From: Mobula hypostoma
Lineage: Eukaryota
Reading direction: 5' to 3'
DNA length: 64,000 nucleotides
Assembly: GCF_963921235.1 (NCBI RefSeq)
Contig: NC_086120.1
Coordinates: forward strand, 186,001 to 250,000
Part shown: piece after piece, positions 62,164 through 64,000 of the stretch
Layout of the letters: each line of letters starts with the position of its first letter
Numbering within the stretch: the first letter of the stretch is position 1
Notes under the pieces: model-generated
The model's input: the letters and a program-made list of their open reading frames with translations, nothing else
The model's database searches: none
Told to the model about the DNA's origin: nothing
Translations under genes and position numbers: made by a program

Positions 62164-62371
62164 ACAACACGCTGGAGGAACTCAGCAGGTCGGGCAGCAT
62201 CCGTGGAAACGATCAGTCAACGTTTTGGGCCGGAACCCTTCATCAGGACTGAAGGGTTCCGGCCCGAAACGTTGACTGATCGTTTCCACAGATGCTGCCC
62301 GACCTGCTGAGTTCCTCTAGCGTGTTGTGAGTGTTGCTTTGACCCCAGCATCTGCAGAGTATTTTTTGTTT
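62164..62371. mobile_element. About 210-bp fold-back Penelope-like terminal insertion (same subfamily as 5887-6088)
   Basis: Near-perfect inverted repeat centred near 62246 with hammerhead-like motifs on both arms; TSD 13/15 match (62149-62163, 62372-62386). Confidence 0.8.
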
Positions 62372-62851
62372 AAGATGGAACTACTCGATTGTATAATGTA
62401 ATTAAAGGATACATATTGCATTTTGAGAAAATCTGCAGAAAATAAAATACCCCACAGCATAATCATGTTAATAAAATAAAGCATGGTCATAAAGCAGGGC
62501 GTTTCATGAGGGAAACGTTATCATCCAGCTGCTACATTTTGGAGGCACTGATCATGAATGAGGAGGAGATTGGCAGCTCACAACACATAGGAATGCTGGA
62601 AAGAAACAGTTCAATAGAATCTGCAGAATTCCTGTTGTTTGCGTTTTTAAATTCAATAGAATCTTGTCTGATTAATTAGGCATAGTGTAGGCATGGAGTC
62701 GATGGTGCATATGGTATGTTGGGCCAAAGGACCTGTTTCAATGCTGTGAGACTAGAACACAAGCGAGAACGTAACTTGGAGATTAATAACACATGAGGAA
62801 GCAGAGCCGATACAAATGATACTACAGAGAAACAGGTTTGGAGAATCGAAC

Positions 62852-62857
62852 TTTATT
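62852..62857 (-). terminator. CIB3: Polyadenylation signal AATAAA of CIB3
   Basis: Plus-strand TTTATT about 118 nt past the CIB3 stop codon. Confidence 0.65.
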
Positions 62858-62974
62858 GACTCTACATGACAGGGAAAATGCTGGGACACAGGAAGCAGGT
62901 CAGGTCTCTGCTCAGGAATATTTCACTCTCTTGACAATTTGAGGTTCTGTGTCAAATGTAGTGGCAGGCAGTAA

Positions 62975-62996
62975 TCAGATTCGGATGTGGAAGGTG
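62975..62996 (-). CDS. CIB3: CIB3 last coding exon: (S)TFHIRI*
   Basis: Acceptor ttttttttgcag|CACCTTCCACATCCGAATCTGA completes the CIB2/CIB3 terminus PDFLSTFHIRI. RAB8A synteny and the Arg in 'VRSP' favour CIB3 over CIB2. Confidence 0.85.
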
Positions 62997-63039
62997 CTGC
63001 AAAAAAAATCTTCCAATCAATGTGACAGTGCAGGTACAG

Positions 63040-63580
63040 AATCATTAACACTCAGATCTGTAAACAGCGACGGCAGTATAACGACACTGACCAACAGCTG
63101 GAGCCATATAAACAAACAGCAGTGTACTGCCCTAATCAATAGTAGGAATATCTACAGGGATGGCAGTATAACAGTACTGATTAACACTCAGAATGTTGTA
63201 CAGGGATTGTAGTACCTGATCAACACTCAGAGGCACAAATAGGGTTAGTAGTGTAACTATACCAATGAACAGTTGGAGCCATGTAAAGGGATGGATGCAT
63301 AACTACACTGATCAAAAATTGGAGCTATGTACAGGTTCGGCTTTGTAACTTCACTGTTGAACATTCAGCGTGTGCAGGGCCAATAGTGTAACTATCCTGA
63401 TCAACAAATGGAACTGTGCACTGGGGCAGTGGTGTAACTATACTGATCAGAGCTATGCAGAGTGACAGCAGTTTACCTGCACTTACAGGGACAGCTGTCT
63501 ACCTGCCCTGATTAACAGTCAGAGTTGTGGACAGCAGCAGTGTAACTATATTGATCAACAGTCAGAGTTGTGCTTAGGGA
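63040..63580. repeat. Degenerate minisatellite (unit about 40-46 bp) in the last CIB3 intron
   Basis: Recurring CAGTGTAACTAYACTGATCAACASTCAGAG-like units. Confidence 0.7.
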
Positions 63581-63970
63581 TAACACTGCAAATGTTCACT
63601 AAGATAACCAGCAAGCTGACCAGAACCTTCATGAAACTTTGAGGCAGGTGTTCTCTGAAGGACTTCACCATACCACCACACCACCATTACAAAGTCAATC
63701 CTAATATAGCTGACCAGTCTCCCCAACTGCATTCTGAAGTCCCAGTTCCTGGTGTCAGCAGAATGGCCTAATCCCCTCCTACTCTCAGGATATTCCCTGC
63801 TCTCTGCTGGTCCCTCACATGAGTAGGTGTGAAGACTAGTGAGCATGGATGGCACCTGAGGAAGATAGAAGCATCATGGTGAACAAATGTTGTCTATCCC
63901 AACCCCAGAAAAGCCAGGGGAAGCACAATTTATGGCGCCAAGCAGCTGTGAATGGAGCTAGGAACCTTAC

Positions 63971-64000
63971 CTGAGGAAATCGGGCGAGCGGACAAGCATA
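63971..64000 (-). CDS. CIB3: Calcium- and integrin-binding family member 3, penultimate exon (3' part; runs off the window): MLVRSPDFL(S)
   Basis: Matches CIB3 C-terminal MILRAPDFLS; donor CAG|GTAAGG, phase 2. Confidence 0.8.

Noticed and set aside
62161-62331. Long hairpins (also 5887-6055, 45394-45460) as pre-miRNAs or DNA-transposon MITEs
   Set aside because: The arms match the Penelope-like terminal repeat and the TSDs are 12-16 bp, consistent with retro-insertion.

Overview
This is vertebrate genomic DNA. The repeat landscape (CR1, Rex1/Babar, fish-type L1, V-SINEs, abundant Penelope-like elements) suggests a cartilaginous fish, probably a ray or skate; that assignment is inference. Three spliced genes can be reconstructed by hand. 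(1) A complete 8-exon RAB8A on + (CDS 21070-48710, 206 aa, long repeat-free 3' region). (2) The last two exons of CIB3 on - at the right edge, convergent with RAB8A as in human 19p13. (3) The 5' part of a divergent Arkadia-family (RNF111/ARK2N N-terminal-like) gene on -, head-to-head with RAB8A across a CpG-island promoter carrying an exact ETS-CRE composite motif; its remaining exons probably lie left of the window. I know of no Arkadia-family gene at the human RAB8A/CIB3 locus, so this is a candidate retained third ohnologue. Most of the remaining sequence is decayed transposons. Notable among them are a size-graded series of fold-back Penelope-like insertions with 12-16 bp TSDs and minimal hammerhead-ribozyme motifs, a twin-primed (5'-inverted) L1, a Gypsy>Harbinger-MITE>L1 nest, two solo LTRs and a near-perfect 3x134 bp triplication. 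Protein-family comparisons are from memory of the human sequences; no database search was run. Repeat boundaries without TSDs are approximate.
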